From assembly GCA_965219955.1 (NCBI GenBank), contig OZ244799.1, forward strand, positions 928,001 through 992,000: 64,000 bases of DNA, written 5' to 3'. This DNA is from a bacterium. GTDB lineage: Bacteria > UBA8248. Below the pieces are notes generated by a model, which worked only from the letters and a program-made list of their open reading frames with translations, was not told where the DNA came from and ran no database searches. A program made the position numbers and the translations under genes. Positions 9,861 through 19,915 of this stretch are shown piece by piece (positions within the stretch are counted from its first letter, which is position 1; the number at the start of each line of letters is the position of its first letter).

Positions 9861-10228
9861 GTTTGTTTCTCCCCGGCGGGGAGTGAAGATACCACCATCC
9901 GAATGTTACACGGTAGCCGGCCAGGTGGGGGGAGCCGTGTCTACGGGTTCGTCTCGATACGCGTGGTTTCCGTAGTGACAGGTCCCTGTGCCTGTCAAAG
10001 GTCGCGACTTGTCCGAAGCCCCGGCTTGCCCGTCTTCGTCTCGCCCGTTGTTCCTGGCCCGGCCCTGAGCTAACCTGCCGGGGAACCATCTGCATGAGGC
10101 CCGTCGAACCAGAGGTGGAATGCGGAAAGCATGACGAAGTGCGCCCCGTAAGGAACGCATCTTGAGCCTGGCGCTACCTGCGTGCGGGGCCGTGCATCTG
10201 AAACCGAAATCAATCGGAGGAACGCGGG

Positions 10229-11170
10229 ATGCTGAACACGGGGGACCGGCTTTCGATTCTTGCGGCAGTCGTGTCGTTCCTGATGATGTTGTCCGGTTGT
10301 GGCGGCGGCGGCCAGGGCGCCGGGTCCGTGATTCTGGAGACGAATGAAATCGAAAGCGTTTTGAACGGTTTACGGAGCGATTCGAAATCTCCCGCGTTGG
10401 CTCGATTCGGCGCTGATCCTCCTCCTCCTGACTCTGCTACGTGCGCGGCGCTGCTCATAGGATGCGAAGGAGGGCTCGGGCCGGTTCACTACGGGGCGGT
10501 CGGCGAGTTCGACTTTTCCGGCTTTCATTTCGTCGAACGCCGTCGCGGCGTGTCTCTGGCGGAAAGGGCGCGCGTTTCAGGAGAAGGAGGCGATACTGCC
10601 AACTACCGCGCCCTGGCCGGCTGGATCGACCATAGTTTTTTCCTGGTCAAGACGCCCGGAATCGAGGTGGCGTCTGAAGAAAACCGGGTTTCCGCAAATT
10701 ACTATGGCGCCTATTCGATAGGAAACGCGACAGGTTCGAATCCCGATGTTCTGGTCGGCGGCGCCGCGACGTGGTCCGGGGTTATGGTCGGTATCCGTAT
10801 TGCCGAGCCGGATGGTTTCGTCAAGGGCGATGCCGAAATAACGGTTTCCCGTCCGGGAGGAAATCCTGATCTGCTGGTCGATGTCGAGTTCGCGAACATG
10901 AAAGACGAACGAACGGGTGTCCGTTTCGATAATGTTTCCTGGGAAGGGCTGGCGCTCAAGGACGGATCGTTCGGAGTCGTGCCCGTCGGCGGCGACGAGG
11001 CGGACGTCAGCCGGCATCCTGCGAGGAGAGGCATTTCCGGCCGGTTCTATGGCCAAAACCATGAGGAAGTGGGCGGCTTGTTCAGTTTCAGGGCGTCTGT
11101 TGCTGAAAACGACAGGGTCGGTGGAGATATTCATGATGTTTCCGGCGCATTCGGAGCCAGACGCGACTAG
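10229..11170 (+). CDS. TbpB-like beta-barrel surface lipoprotein
   Basis: Lipobox LSGC24 plus GGGG; ATWSGVMVG, GDAEITV, ISGRFYGQNHEEVGG and terminal GAFGARRD. Confidence 0.75.
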   Translation: MLNTGDRLSILAAVVSFLMMLSGCGGGGQGAGSVILETNEIESVLNGLRSDSKSPALARFGADPPPPDSATCAALLIGCEGGLGPVHYGAVGEFDFSGFHFVERRRGVSLAERARVSGEGGDTANYRALAGWIDHSFFLVKTPGIEVASEENRVSANYYGAYSIGNATGSNPDVLVGGAATWSGVMVGIRIAEPDGFVKGDAEITVSRPGGNPDLLVDVEFANMKDERTGVRFDNVSWEGLALKDGSFGVVPVGGDEADVSRHPARRGISGRFYGQNHEEVGGLFSFRASVAENDRVGGDIHDVSGAFGARRD

Positions 11171-11258
11171 CCCGGCCGTTGCGTGAAGGTGAAGGCATTT
11201 TGTTTTTCTTCGATGAAACGAATATAACGCCTGAAACGAAAGGCAAAAGCAAATTCCC

Positions 11259-11285
11259 TGGATTCCGGCTTTCGCCGGAATGACG
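11259..11285. repeat. CGTC-type REP palindrome
   Basis: TGGATTCCGGCTTTCGCCGGAATGACG. The downstream ~45 nt are also shared with 19972-20015. Confidence 0.85.
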
Positions 11286-11351
11286 AACAAAACCACACTT
11301 CCTCGTAGTGGGCCGTTCTTGTGAGCGGTCCTCATTCACGAAAGCGCGGGT

Positions 11352-11380
11352 TTGACAGCGGACGTGATATTCCCTATATT
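11352..11380 (+). promoter_or_regulatory. sigma70 promoter of the toxin-antitoxin operon
   Basis: TTGACA-N17-TATATT, near consensus, upstream of RBS GGAGG and ATG 11425. Confidence 0.7.
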
Positions 11381-11424
11381 TTTTAATCTAATGGATCTCA
11401 CGCCTCGTCCTGGAGGGTGGCCGC

Positions 11425-12099
11425 ATGAGTGAAGCATTGTCCCTGATCGATCTGACGCCCGGCGAAATCGAGCGGCTGCCCGCCAGTCTGCGGAGGAGGA
11501 TCGGTGGTTCCTCGCGCCCGAAGGATTCCCTGCCCGGCGCTTGGCTCCTCGTGGGCGAACGCACGGAGGGGCGGGCGGAACTGCTCGAACGGGCGCTCGA
11601 AGCGCTACCTGCCCTTGCGGCTGAACGCGGATATCGGTTATCCGAGGCGAATATCGAGAAAATACTCGACGTCATTCTCTCGGACGCGCCCCGCCCCCGG
11701 GTCGAGAATGAACTCGAAATCGACAACGCCAGGCTGCGTTCCCGGTATCTCCAGGAAACGCCCCTTTTGACCGGGGCCGAGGTTCGCGCCGCTTCGGGTC
11801 TCAACCCGCGCAACAGGAGCGAGCCCGCCTCCCGCTGGAAACGGGAGGGCAAACTGTTCGCGGTGCGCCGCTCGGGCGTTGACCACTATCCGGCCTTTCA
11901 GTTTGCCGACGGAGCTCCGCGCCCGGTCATTAAGGCGATTCTCGCCGCTCTTCCGAAGGACATGACCGCTTGGCAAATCGCCATGTGGTTCGCATCCGGC
12001 AACGGCTGGCTGGACGGCGACGAGCCGCAGGAGCGCCTCTCCGACCCGGACGCCGTCGTCGAAGCGGCCCGGAGGCTTGCCGATCCGGTGCTCGGGTAG
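11425..12099 (+). CDS. Antitoxin, MbcA/ParS/Xre-like
   Basis: ASRWKREGKLFAV...YPAFQF...WQIAMWFASGNGWLDGDEP resembles MbcA-type antitoxins; lies directly upstream of a RES gene. Confidence 0.75.
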   Translation: MSEALSLIDLTPGEIERLPASLRRRIGGSSRPKDSLPGAWLLVGERTEGRAELLERALEALPALAAERGYRLSEANIEKILDVILSDAPRPRVENELEIDNARLRSRYLQETPLLTGAEVRAASGLNPRNRSEPASRWKREGKLFAVRRSGVDHYPAFQFADGAPRPVIKAILAALPKDMTAWQIAMWFASGNGWLDGDEPQERLSDPDAVVEAARRLADPVLG

Positions 12100-12113
12100 G
12101 GCGTGTTCGCTGG

Positions 12114-12749
12114 ATGACGATTCGAAAACCCCAAGAGACGCTCGTAGAACCCAACCTCGTTACGCTCGAGGCCGGTGTGCTCGTGCACCGGGTGCACGAC
12201 AGGAATTACGGCGGGAACGCCTTCAATCCTTGCAAGGGTTCTCCCACGCGCTTCGCTCCCGTCTACGATGCGGCGGGTGAGTGCGTCCCGTCTCTTTACG
12301 CGGCCGACACGCTGGAGGCGGCGATCCATGAAACGATCTTCCACGACGTTCCCGCAGCGGCGAAACGCAAGACCGTTCCCAGGACGCTCGTGCAAAGCCG
12401 TGCGCACGCCCGGCTGGAAGTCCTGCGGGAATTGCGTCTCGCCTCCTTGCGCGGCCCCGATCTCAGGCGGTGGCGTATCGGCCGGAATTCGCTGCTCGCC
12501 ACGTCGCCGAAGCTTTATTCCGAGACCGCCCGATGGGCGAGCGCCATACACGGCCGGTTCCCCGGCGTCGAGGGCCTGCTCTGGACCTCGAACCAGTGCG
12601 ACCCGGACACCGCATACCTGTTCTTCGGAGACCGCGTAAAGCCTGAGGATTTCCGGATCCTGAACGCGCGCGATGGATTGTACGACACGACGTTCCTCTC
12701 GGATGTTCGCCAGGCGGGGCGCAGATGCGGAATTACTATCACCGTGTAG
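12114..12749 (+). CDS. RES-domain toxin (putative NAD+ phosphorylase)
   Basis: HRVH...FNP...TRF...SLYAADTLEAAIHE...GLLWTS motifs containing the conserved R, E and S. Confidence 0.85.
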   Translation: MTIRKPQETLVEPNLVTLEAGVLVHRVHDRNYGGNAFNPCKGSPTRFAPVYDAAGECVPSLYAADTLEAAIHETIFHDVPAAAKRKTVPRTLVQSRAHARLEVLRELRLASLRGPDLRRWRIGRNSLLATSPKLYSETARWASAIHGRFPGVEGLLWTSNQCDPDTAYLFFGDRVKPEDFRILNARDGLYDTTFLSDVRQAGRRCGITITV

Positions 12750-12805
12750 GCCGACTTTTTTTCTTATCGTCTGGCTTGCCGAGGAGGGAGGGCTTGCGGT
12801 TTGCC

Positions 12806-12937
12806 GTAGGGACAGGTCGCGACCTGTCCATGCTCCTTTTCTCATCAACCGGGAGAAGCCACTGTCATTCCGGCATGCGCCGGAATGACGGGCGAATACT
12901 GCGCCCGTTGTAGGGGCAGGTCGCGAACCGTCCCTAC
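12806..12937. repeat. REP cluster (GTAG palindromes flanking a perfect CGTC-type hairpin)
   Basis: GTAGGGACAGGTCGCGACCTGTCC 12806-12829; GTCATTCCGGC-ATGC-GCCGGAATGAC 12864-12889; GTAGGGGCAGG...CCCTAC 12910-12937. Confidence 0.75.
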
Positions 12938-13114
12938 GGGTGAGACCCGAGCGGCGAATGAGAAAAGCCACTCCCTTGTGTTGTCGACGTAGACCCTCAA
13001 TGGAGCAATGACATCCCGAATCGCGCCCGCGCGCCCCGCCGGGCGTTGCTTCCCCGCGAAAATTCCCGTATCCACTTGAGCAGAGCTTGATGGGGTTTGC
13101 GCAAAGCGGGGAGT

Positions 13115-14239
13115 ATGGACGTGTATATCCTGGGCGTGGAGACGAGTTGCGACGAGACGGCGGCGGCCGTTCTGGCATTCGGGGATGGTTCCGCGCCGAA
13201 GGTCCTCTCGAACGTCGTGGCTTCTCAGCACGAGATTCATGCGCGATACGGCGGCGTTGTGCCCGAGCTCGCGGCGCGCCGCCACGTGGAGATGATAGCT
13301 CCCGTGCTGGAGGCGGCTCTGGAAGATGCCTCTGTCTCGGTCAGGGAAATCGACGCGGTGGCCGTCACGCGCGGCCCCGGCCTGGTGGTGGCCCTGCTCG
13401 TGGGCCTCTCCGCGGCGAAGGGGCTGGCGTGGAGCCTGGGCGTTCCACTCATCGGCGTGCATCATCTGGACGGCCACGTTCATTCCCTGTTTTTGCCTAC
13501 GGAAGAGGGGAGCGCTGCGCCGCCTCCGTTTCCGCATCTGGGCTTCGTGGTCTCGGGCGGGCATACGGATTTCTACCGCGTGAACGGACATTCGGAAGTC
13601 ACGCACCTGGGAGGCACGCTGGATGACGCCCTGGGCGAGGCCTACGACAAGGTGGCGGCCATCATGGGGCTGGGCTATCCGGGCGGCCCCATCGTCGATC
13701 GCCTGCATGCGAAGTTTCTGGAGGCGAACGGGAGCGGCGCTGCTCCGGTCGAATTCCCCCGGCCGTTTCTTGAGGACAGGCCTTACGCTTTCAGCTTTAG
13801 TGGGTTGAAAACGGCTGTGTTAAACTACCAGAAAGAGCGAGGATTGTACCTGAGCGACAGGAACCTCCCCCCCTGGGCGCGTCCCCAGGAAGTGCCCGAA
13901 GAGGTGGCGTGCGCGGTGGCCGCGGGGTTTCAGGAAGCGGCGGTGGAGGTTCTCGTGGAGAAGGTGAGCGGGGTGGTCCGCCGCGAAAAGCTGCCCGCCG
14001 TCTCCGTGAGCGGGGGCGTGGCCGCGAATTCCTACCTGCGGGTGAAGCTGGCCGAACGGGCGGAGCAAGAGGGCTGGTCGCTCCATTTCCCCGCGCGCAA
14101 ATACTGCACGGACAACGCCGCGATGATCGCCTGCGCGGGCGGCTTCCGCCTCGGAGAACGCGGGCGCGAGGGTTTCATGGATTTTACCGATATGGATGCG
14201 GACCCCTCATGGGAACTGGGAGATGCGTCGAATGGATAG
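13115..14239 (+). CDS. tsaD: tRNA N6-adenosine threonylcarbamoyltransferase
   Basis: ILGVETSCDET, YGGVVPELAARRH, GVHHLDGH, SGGHT, GEAYDK, FSFSGLKTAV, TDNAAMIA. Confidence 0.97.
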   Translation: MDVYILGVETSCDETAAAVLAFGDGSAPKVLSNVVASQHEIHARYGGVVPELAARRHVEMIAPVLEAALEDASVSVREIDAVAVTRGPGLVVALLVGLSAAKGLAWSLGVPLIGVHHLDGHVHSLFLPTEEGSAAPPPFPHLGFVVSGGHTDFYRVNGHSEVTHLGGTLDDALGEAYDKVAAIMGLGYPGGPIVDRLHAKFLEANGSGAAPVEFPRPFLEDRPYAFSFSGLKTAVLNYQKERGLYLSDRNLPPWARPQEVPEEVACAVAAGFQEAAVEVLVEKVSGVVRREKLPAVSVSGGVAANSYLRVKLAERAEQEGWSLHFPARKYCTDNAAMIACAGGFRLGERGREGFMDFTDMDADPSWELGDASNG

Positions 14240-14260
14240 CGTTTGCGGGAGGATGGACTG

Positions 14261-15358
14261 ATGCGCCCTGAAGAAGCGGGTCCGAGCGTTTGCGAGGTGC
14301 CTTTTGAGGCGGTTCCACCGCCGCCGGCGGGTTTCGATGCGCCCCTCTATATCGGCGGGGTGAGACTCGAGAACCGCCTCGTCATGGCGCCCATGGCGGG
14401 GTATACGAACCTGCCCTTCCGCACGCTGGTGAAGGCGCACGGCGCAGGCATGGTGGCCACCGAGATGGTGAGCAGCCAGGCCCTCGTTCGGCGCCACAAG
14501 AAGACCTACGACCTGATGCGGAACGACGCGGCGGAAAAGCCCGTCTCCATTCAGCTTTTCGGCGCGGACCCGGCCCAGATGGGCGAGGCGGCGGCCATGG
14601 TGGAGGGAGCGGGCGCGGACATCGTGGATCTGAACTGCGGATGCCCCGTCAAGAAGATTACGAAAAACCAGGCGGGTTCTTCTCTTCTGAGATACCCCGA
14701 GCGAGCGTATGAAATCGTCTCCGCCATGGTGCGCGCGGTGCAAATCCCCGTGACGGTGAAGATGCGCACCGGCTGGGACACCGTCGAGCGGAGCCAGGCG
14801 GAAGTCTTCGCCAGGGCGGTGGAGGATGCGGGTGCTGCGGCCATCACCGTGCATGGCAGGACGCGCCAGGCCATGTTCAGCGGCGCTGTGGATCTCGACG
14901 CCATCGCCCGGGTCAAGCGCGCGGTCAAGGTTCCCGTTCTGGGGAACGGCAGCATCCTGAGTCCGCAGGACGCCATCGCCATGATTCGCAAAACCGGCGT
15001 GGACGCCCTGATGATCGGGCGCGGCGCCATCGGCAATCCGTGGATTTTCTCGCGCCTGCTCCATTGGCTCAAAACGGGAGAGTTGCCCGCACCGCCCGGC
15101 CTCGCGGAGAAGAAGAAGATGGCGCTTCGCCACCTGGGGCTCTTGAGAGAGGTGCTGGGCGAGCGGCTCGCCGCCTTCCACTCCCGCAAGCACCTGCCCG
15201 CCTACACGAAGGGTCTTCGGGGAGGCTCGGCGATGCGCGAGCGGGTGAACCGGCTGGAGGATATGGACGCCGTCCTCCGCGAGGTGGAGGCTTTCTTCGA
15301 TAATCCGGCCTTGCGCTCTCGCATGATGAGGGCAGGGGAGAGCGCCCATGCGGCTTGA
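14261..15358 (+). CDS. dusB: tRNA-dihydrouridine synthase
   Basis: MAPMAG, DLNCGCP, VHGRTR, GRGAIGNPW; RBS GGAGGA before ATG 14261. Confidence 0.92.
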   Translation: MRPEEAGPSVCEVPFEAVPPPPAGFDAPLYIGGVRLENRLVMAPMAGYTNLPFRTLVKAHGAGMVATEMVSSQALVRRHKKTYDLMRNDAAEKPVSIQLFGADPAQMGEAAAMVEGAGADIVDLNCGCPVKKITKNQAGSSLLRYPERAYEIVSAMVRAVQIPVTVKMRTGWDTVERSQAEVFARAVEDAGAAAITVHGRTRQAMFSGAVDLDAIARVKRAVKVPVLGNGSILSPQDAIAMIRKTGVDALMIGRGAIGNPWIFSRLLHWLKTGELPAPPGLAEKKKMALRHLGLLREVLGERLAAFHSRKHLPAYTKGLRGGSAMRERVNRLEDMDAVLREVEAFFDNPALRSRMMRAGESAHAA

Positions 15359-16130
15359 GGGCAGGCGTGCGTTCATCACCGGCGGCGGACGCGGCATCGG
15401 GCGCGCCATCGCGCTCAAATTCGCGAGCGAGGGCGCGGACGTGGCCGTCGCCGCGAGAACGCGCGCCGAGATCGACGCGGTCGCCGGAGAGATAAGGGAA
15501 AAGGGGGGGCGCTGCCTGGCGATTCCCTGCGACGTGGGCGATTCCAAAGAGGTGGACGAAGCCGTTCAGCGCGCAATTCGGGAGTTCGGCGGGGTGGACG
15601 TCCTGGTCGCCAACGCGGGCGCGCTCGTCCATGCGCCGCTGGGAGAGACCACCGACGCCCTTTGGGACGAGATGATGCGCGTGAACTTAAACGGCGCGTT
15701 CTACGCCTTTCGCGCGGCGGTCGGCGGCATGAGCGAGCGCGGCTGGGGCCGCCTCATCGCGATCAGTTCGGTCTCGGGCAAAATCGGTGGTGCGAACCGG
15801 AGCGCCTACCACGCGGCGAAACACGGCGTGCTGGGCCTGGTTCGCTCGGTGGCGTTGGAAGCGGCGGCGGCGGGCGTCACCGTGAACGCGATCTGCCCCG
15901 GCTTCGTGGACACGAGCCTGGTGGACACCTTCAGGGAGGGCCTCGACCGCCACGGCGAGAGTGGAGAGAGCGGCGAGGCGGCGATGAATCGCTACAGGGA
16001 CGACATCCCGATGGGGCGCTTCCTGGCGCCCGATGAGATCGCCGCCATGGCCTTGTACCTCGCAAGCGAGGAGGCGGCCGGCATCACCGGACAGGCCTAC
16101 ACCATCTCCTGCGGCGCGATACAGATCTGA
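15348..16130 (+). CDS. SDR family NAD(P)-dependent oxidoreductase
   Basis: TGGGRGIG, NAG, YHAAK (YxxxK), ICPG. Confidence 0.95.
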   Translation: MRLEGRRAFITGGGRGIGRAIALKFASEGADVAVAARTRAEIDAVAGEIREKGGRCLAIPCDVGDSKEVDEAVQRAIREFGGVDVLVANAGALVHAPLGETTDALWDEMMRVNLNGAFYAFRAAVGGMSERGWGRLIAISSVSGKIGGANRSAYHAAKHGVLGLVRSVALEAAAAGVTVNAICPGFVDTSLVDTFREGLDRHGESGESGEAAMNRYRDDIPMGRFLAPDEIAAMALYLASEEAAGITGQAYTISCGAIQI

Positions 16131-16272
16131 GGTCAGGCGCGGCCTGAAGGGGGTTGCCTGAAAAGCCTTCCCGCAAACAGGTAATGAATTTCTCAATCGA
16201 CATAGGCTTATGAATTTACTCTCCCTCAAGGGGGTGTTGAAAAACCCCCTTGGGAGAGAAATCTCATAAAGG

Positions 16273-16414
16273 CAACCCCCCCTACCCCCCTTGTCAGGGG
16301 GGTAAAAAGAAACAAAACCCGCTTGCCAGGAAGGTAAGAAAAGGTGGCGCCCGCCGCCGGCAGAGGGGTTTTGCTTTTTCTTGCCCCCCTGACAAGGGGG
16401 GGTAGGGGGGGTTG
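16273..16414. repeat. C/G-rich inverted repeat pair (fourth palindrome family)
   Basis: CAACCCCCCCTACCCCCCTTGTCAGGGGGG at 16273-16302 and its inverted copy at 16384-16414 (one-base indel), just inside a GGGGGTGTTGAAAAACCCC end at 16230. Confidence 0.8.
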
Positions 16415-16474
16415 GTTTTCGAGTCGAGGGAGGGCCAGCGGGGAGGGAGCGATTTCTCGGCTTGGGATTTTGCT

Positions 16475-16501
16475 CGTCATTCCGGCGAAAGCCGGAATCC
16501 A
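16475..16501. repeat. CGTC-type REP, left member of the pair that brackets the two IS elements
   Basis: CGTCATTCCGGCGAAAGCCGGAATCCA; inverted partner at 19945-19971. Confidence 0.85.
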
Positions 16502-16561
16502 TTTTCAAGCAGAATGACAATTCTTCGGCTTTTTATCTCTCCGTCATTGGTGTGAACCTAA

Positions 16562-18296
16562 CCCGGATATTTCACCGACAAATGGCATGGGGCCTCTGAA
16601 TGTCGGATAATGTGAGTTGTCTCAATAACTTACACCCGTCCGACAGAGAGGCCCCATGGATACGCATTGTACACCGGAACAACTTCACTTTCACCCCCAC
16701 GGAAGACGCGAGGTCATCGCCCGATTCGACGGCGGACGGATCACGTCGGACGCCGGCGGGGTGCTGCTTCGCGAGACGGATCTCCGCCTGGGTCTGATGG
16801 CTCGTCTGGCGCGGTGTTTTCGTGATTGCCGCAAGCCCGGCAGCGTGGAGCACCCGGTGCGCTCGCTGGCGGCGCAGCGGGTGTACGCGCTGGCGCTGGG
16901 CTACGAGGACCTGAACGACCACGAGGATTTGCGCCGCGACAGGTTGCTGGCGCTGCTGGTGGGCAAGCGGGACCTGACGGGAGCCGGGCGGGTTCGCCTT
17001 CGGGACCGCGGCTCTCCGCTGGCCGCATCGAGTACGCTGAACCGCCTGGAGTTGGGCGGCGCCGAGGCGGCGACGGATCGCTACAAGCGCATCGCTGCGG
17101 ACTTCGAGGCGATGGACCGCCTGCTGGTGGACGTGTTCATGGAGTCTTACGCCGAACCGCCCGAAGAGATATGGCTGGACCTCGACGCCACGGACGACCC
17201 CCTGCACGGTCGCCAGGAGGGGCGCTTCTTCCACGGCTATTACGGCCGCTACTGTTATCTGCCGCTCTACGTCTTCTGCGGCGCGCATCTGCTGTGCGCG
17301 CGGCTGCGCCGCTCGAACGTCGACGCCTCGGCCGGCAGCGAGGAGGAGTTGGCGCGGATCGTGGCGCAGGTCCGCAGGCGCTGGCCGCGTACGCGGGTCG
17401 TGGTTCGCGGCGACTCGGGTTTTTGCCGCGAGCCGTTGATGCGCTGGTGCGAGGAGAACGGCGTCGGCTACGTGTTCGGCATGGCGCGCAACGCGCGGCT
17501 GGTGCGGGCGATTGGCCGGGACCTCTACCGGGCCGAGGTCGTCTGTCGCCGCACGGGTGAGCCGGCGCGCCGGTATCGCGACTTCCGCTATCGAACGCGC
17601 AAGAGCTGGTCCAGAACCCGCCGGGTGGTGGGCAAGGCGCAATACCTGCCCAGGGGGGCGAACCCGCGGTTCGTGGTCACCAATCTCCGCCCCCGGCGGG
17701 CCGGCGCCAGACGCCTCTACGAAGAACTCTACTGCGCCCGGGGAGAGATGGAGAACCGCATCAAGGAACAGCAACTCGGCCTGTTCGCCGACCGCACCAG
17801 CAGCGCCACCATGAGGGCCAATCAGTTGCGGCTCTACTTCGCCTCCTTCGCCTACGTCCTGATGCACGGACTCCGGCGCCTGGGGCTGGCGGGCACGACA
17901 TGCGCCAGGGCCCAGTGCGCAACGATCCGGCTGAAACTGCTCAAGATCGGCGCCCGCGTGAGGGTCAGCGTGCGCAAGGTCCGGCTGTCTATCTCCGAGG
18001 CCTGGCCCCATGCGGCGCTCTTCGAAAAGGTAGTGAACAACCTGCGTACGCACCCGCCCTGGCCGACGGCGGGGGAGAGTGACTGAGCGTAGAATCGGAG
18101 CGACATAGGTTGCCGCAGCGGGAAACCTGCGCCTGCGCGTCGGCCGGCACTCCCCGAAAGCCTTCGAAATCGACGAAAAAGCGCCGCTCGGGCGCCGTGC
18201 GTCATCGTATCGCGCCGACGAAGAAGGCCGCCTCCCGAATCAAGCCGTCCACGACTTCAAATCAGGCCGTTCCAAAGCCTCGGTGAAATATCCGGG
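16562..18296 (+). mobile_element. IS1380-family insertion sequence (1735 bp)
   Basis: Perfect 17-bp TIR CCCGGATATTTCACCGA (16562-16578 / 18280-18296) flanked by CTAA direct repeats (16558-16561, 18297-18300). Confidence 0.95.
16656..18086 (+). CDS. IS1380-family DDE transposase
   Basis: FDGGRITSDAG, GYEDLNDH, LDLDATDD, VRGDSGF, YCARGEMENRIKE. Confidence 0.95.
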   Translation: MDTHCTPEQLHFHPHGRREVIARFDGGRITSDAGGVLLRETDLRLGLMARLARCFRDCRKPGSVEHPVRSLAAQRVYALALGYEDLNDHEDLRRDRLLALLVGKRDLTGAGRVRLRDRGSPLAASSTLNRLELGGAEAATDRYKRIAADFEAMDRLLVDVFMESYAEPPEEIWLDLDATDDPLHGRQEGRFFHGYYGRYCYLPLYVFCGAHLLCARLRRSNVDASAGSEEELARIVAQVRRRWPRTRVVVRGDSGFCREPLMRWCEENGVGYVFGMARNARLVRAIGRDLYRAEVVCRRTGEPARRYRDFRYRTRKSWSRTRRVVGKAQYLPRGANPRFVVTNLRPRRAGARRLYEELYCARGEMENRIKEQQLGLFADRTSSATMRANQLRLYFASFAYVLMHGLRRLGLAGTTCARAQCATIRLKLLKIGARVRVSVRKVRLSISEAWPHAALFEKVVNNLRTHPPWPTAGESD

Positions 18297-18300
18297 CTAA

Positions 18301-19915
18301 CAGCCTGTCGGGCTTTGGCCTGCCAAGGAGTTCGAAGCACCAATCGTGGGAGTGATTTTCGGGGTTCTTCTCGGTAATCGATTCTTGTTGGCCGGCGATT
18401 CGGTGTCAGGAGCCATGATCGGCCCTCACAGGCCCGGTGGGAGTCATAGCGGCCGGCAACAGGCCACGGGACGAGGGCGTTTATCCTCCGATCACGCCGA
18501 CTTCAGGTTGTGCAGACGCTTGCAGTTATAAGCCAGCATCACCAGGACCCACTCGCCCTGCACCTTCTCGAGACCGCGCAAGAGGAACTGCCGGAAGCCC
18601 ATCGCCTGCTTGACGATGCCGAACACCGGCTCCACCGTCTGCCGCCGCAGGCGATAACGGGCGCGCTCTTCCGGCTTCGCCATCTTCGCGCGCATCGCCG
18701 CAATCCACTCCGCTCGAACTTCCGGACCTGGCCGGGAAGCCACCGGTGGCCGGAAGTCGTGCCGACGGCGCCCCCCTTCGGCTTGCGTGGCCACCAGAAC
18801 CTCGACGCCCCGTCTCTCGAGTTCTTCCACTTCGCTGCCCGTCGCGTAGCCGCTGTCCGCCAACACACGCGCCGGCGCGGCAACCGAAGGCGGAATCGCC
18901 TCCACGTCCGCCACCAGTTCCCCGCGGTCGCTCGCGTTGTTGCTCACACGCGCTCCCAGCACCAACTGGCTGCCTTCGGCATCCACCACCGCCTGCGCGT
19001 TGTACGCCTGGCGATACTCGTGACGCTTGCTCTTGCGCATCAAGGCGCTGTCCCCATCCGTCAGGTTGATCTGCCGCCCCTCTTCGGGCTTCTCCCGAGG
19101 GGGCTTGATGCGCGGACCCTTCCTCCGACCTGAACGGCGCTCCCGAGACGCCGCCTTGCGTTCATATTCCGCCCGACCCGCCTCGGCCGACCTCTTCGCG
19201 CGGCGCTCCAGTTCCGCGCACGCCGCATCCAGCTTCGACTTCAACTCCTCGCGACGCGCCAACTCCTCCGGCAGCGCCTGCGGATCCCCTACCTCCTGCG
19301 CATCTTCGCTCTCCGCACGCTCCAGCAACTCCTCGACCTCTCCGCGCAATTGAGAGCCCAACGCCTGCGCACGGTCATACCGGACGTTGTTGTGCTTGCT
19401 CGCGTTCGCGTCCACCTTCGTCCCGTCCACGCTCACCGTCCCGACCCGCAACAACTTCAACTCCTTCGCCAGCAGCAAAACCTGCTCGAACGTCTCCGCT
19501 ATCGCCTCGAAGTTATCGCGACGGAACGCGCAGATCGTGTCGTGGTCCGGGTGTGTGTTCGACGCCACGTATCGAACCCCGATATCCCGGTACGTCGCGC
19601 GCTCGATCCGGCGCGAACCGAATATCCCGTTCGCGTAGCAGTAAATCAGCAGCGCCAGCATCATCCGGGGATGGTACTGCGCTGAACCCGTGCCGCGCTC
19701 GTTCACGCGGAATGACCCCAGAGGCACCCGTTCCACCGCCTCCACTACGAAGTGCGCCAGATCGTCCTCCGGCAACCACTCCCGCATGTCCACAGGAAGA
19801 AGATACAACTGCGACTGATTACAATCTACAAACTTCGCCACCCCAATCCCCTCCCTTAAAAATACCTCGCGAGAACGACATATTATAAAAGGTAGGGCCT
19901 AAGTCCGACAGGCTG
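18301..19915 (-). mobile_element. IS1182-family insertion sequence (1615 bp)
   Basis: 18/20 TIR CAGCCTGTCGG(G/A)CTT(T/A)GGCC (18301-18320 / 19896-19915) flanked by CTAA (18297-18300, 19916-19919). Confidence 0.93.
18492..19841 (-). CDS. IS1182-family transposase
   Basis: YHPRMMLALLIYCY, SRRIE, PDHDTICAFR, VDGTK, TDGDS, ADSGY, RRQTVEPVFGIVK, YNCKRL. Confidence 0.95.
   Translation of the reverse strand: MAKFVDCNQSQLYLLPVDMREWLPEDDLAHFVVEAVERVPLGSFRVNERGTGSAQYHPRMMLALLIYCYANGIFGSRRIERATYRDIGVRYVASNTHPDHDTICAFRRDNFEAIAETFEQVLLLAKELKLLRVGTVSVDGTKVDANASKHNNVRYDRAQALGSQLRGEVEELLERAESEDAQEVGDPQALPEELARREELKSKLDAACAELERRAKRSAEAGRAEYERKAASRERRSGRRKGPRIKPPREKPEEGRQINLTDGDSALMRKSKRHEYRQAYNAQAVVDAEGSQLVLGARVSNNASDRGELVADVEAIPPSVAAPARVLADSGYATGSEVEELERRGVEVLVATQAEGGRRRHDFRPPVASRPGPEVRAEWIAAMRAKMAKPEERARYRLRRQTVEPVFGIVKQAMGFRQFLLRGLEKVQGEWVLVMLAYNCKRLHNLKSA

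Noticed and set aside
18301-19915. The resident IS1182 as the direct mobiliser of the MITEs
   Set aside because: It shares only the N5-TGT-G register and 4-bp duplication length. The rest of its TIR (GGCTTTGGCC) differs from the MITE TIR (AAAAACC), so the partner is probably another element.
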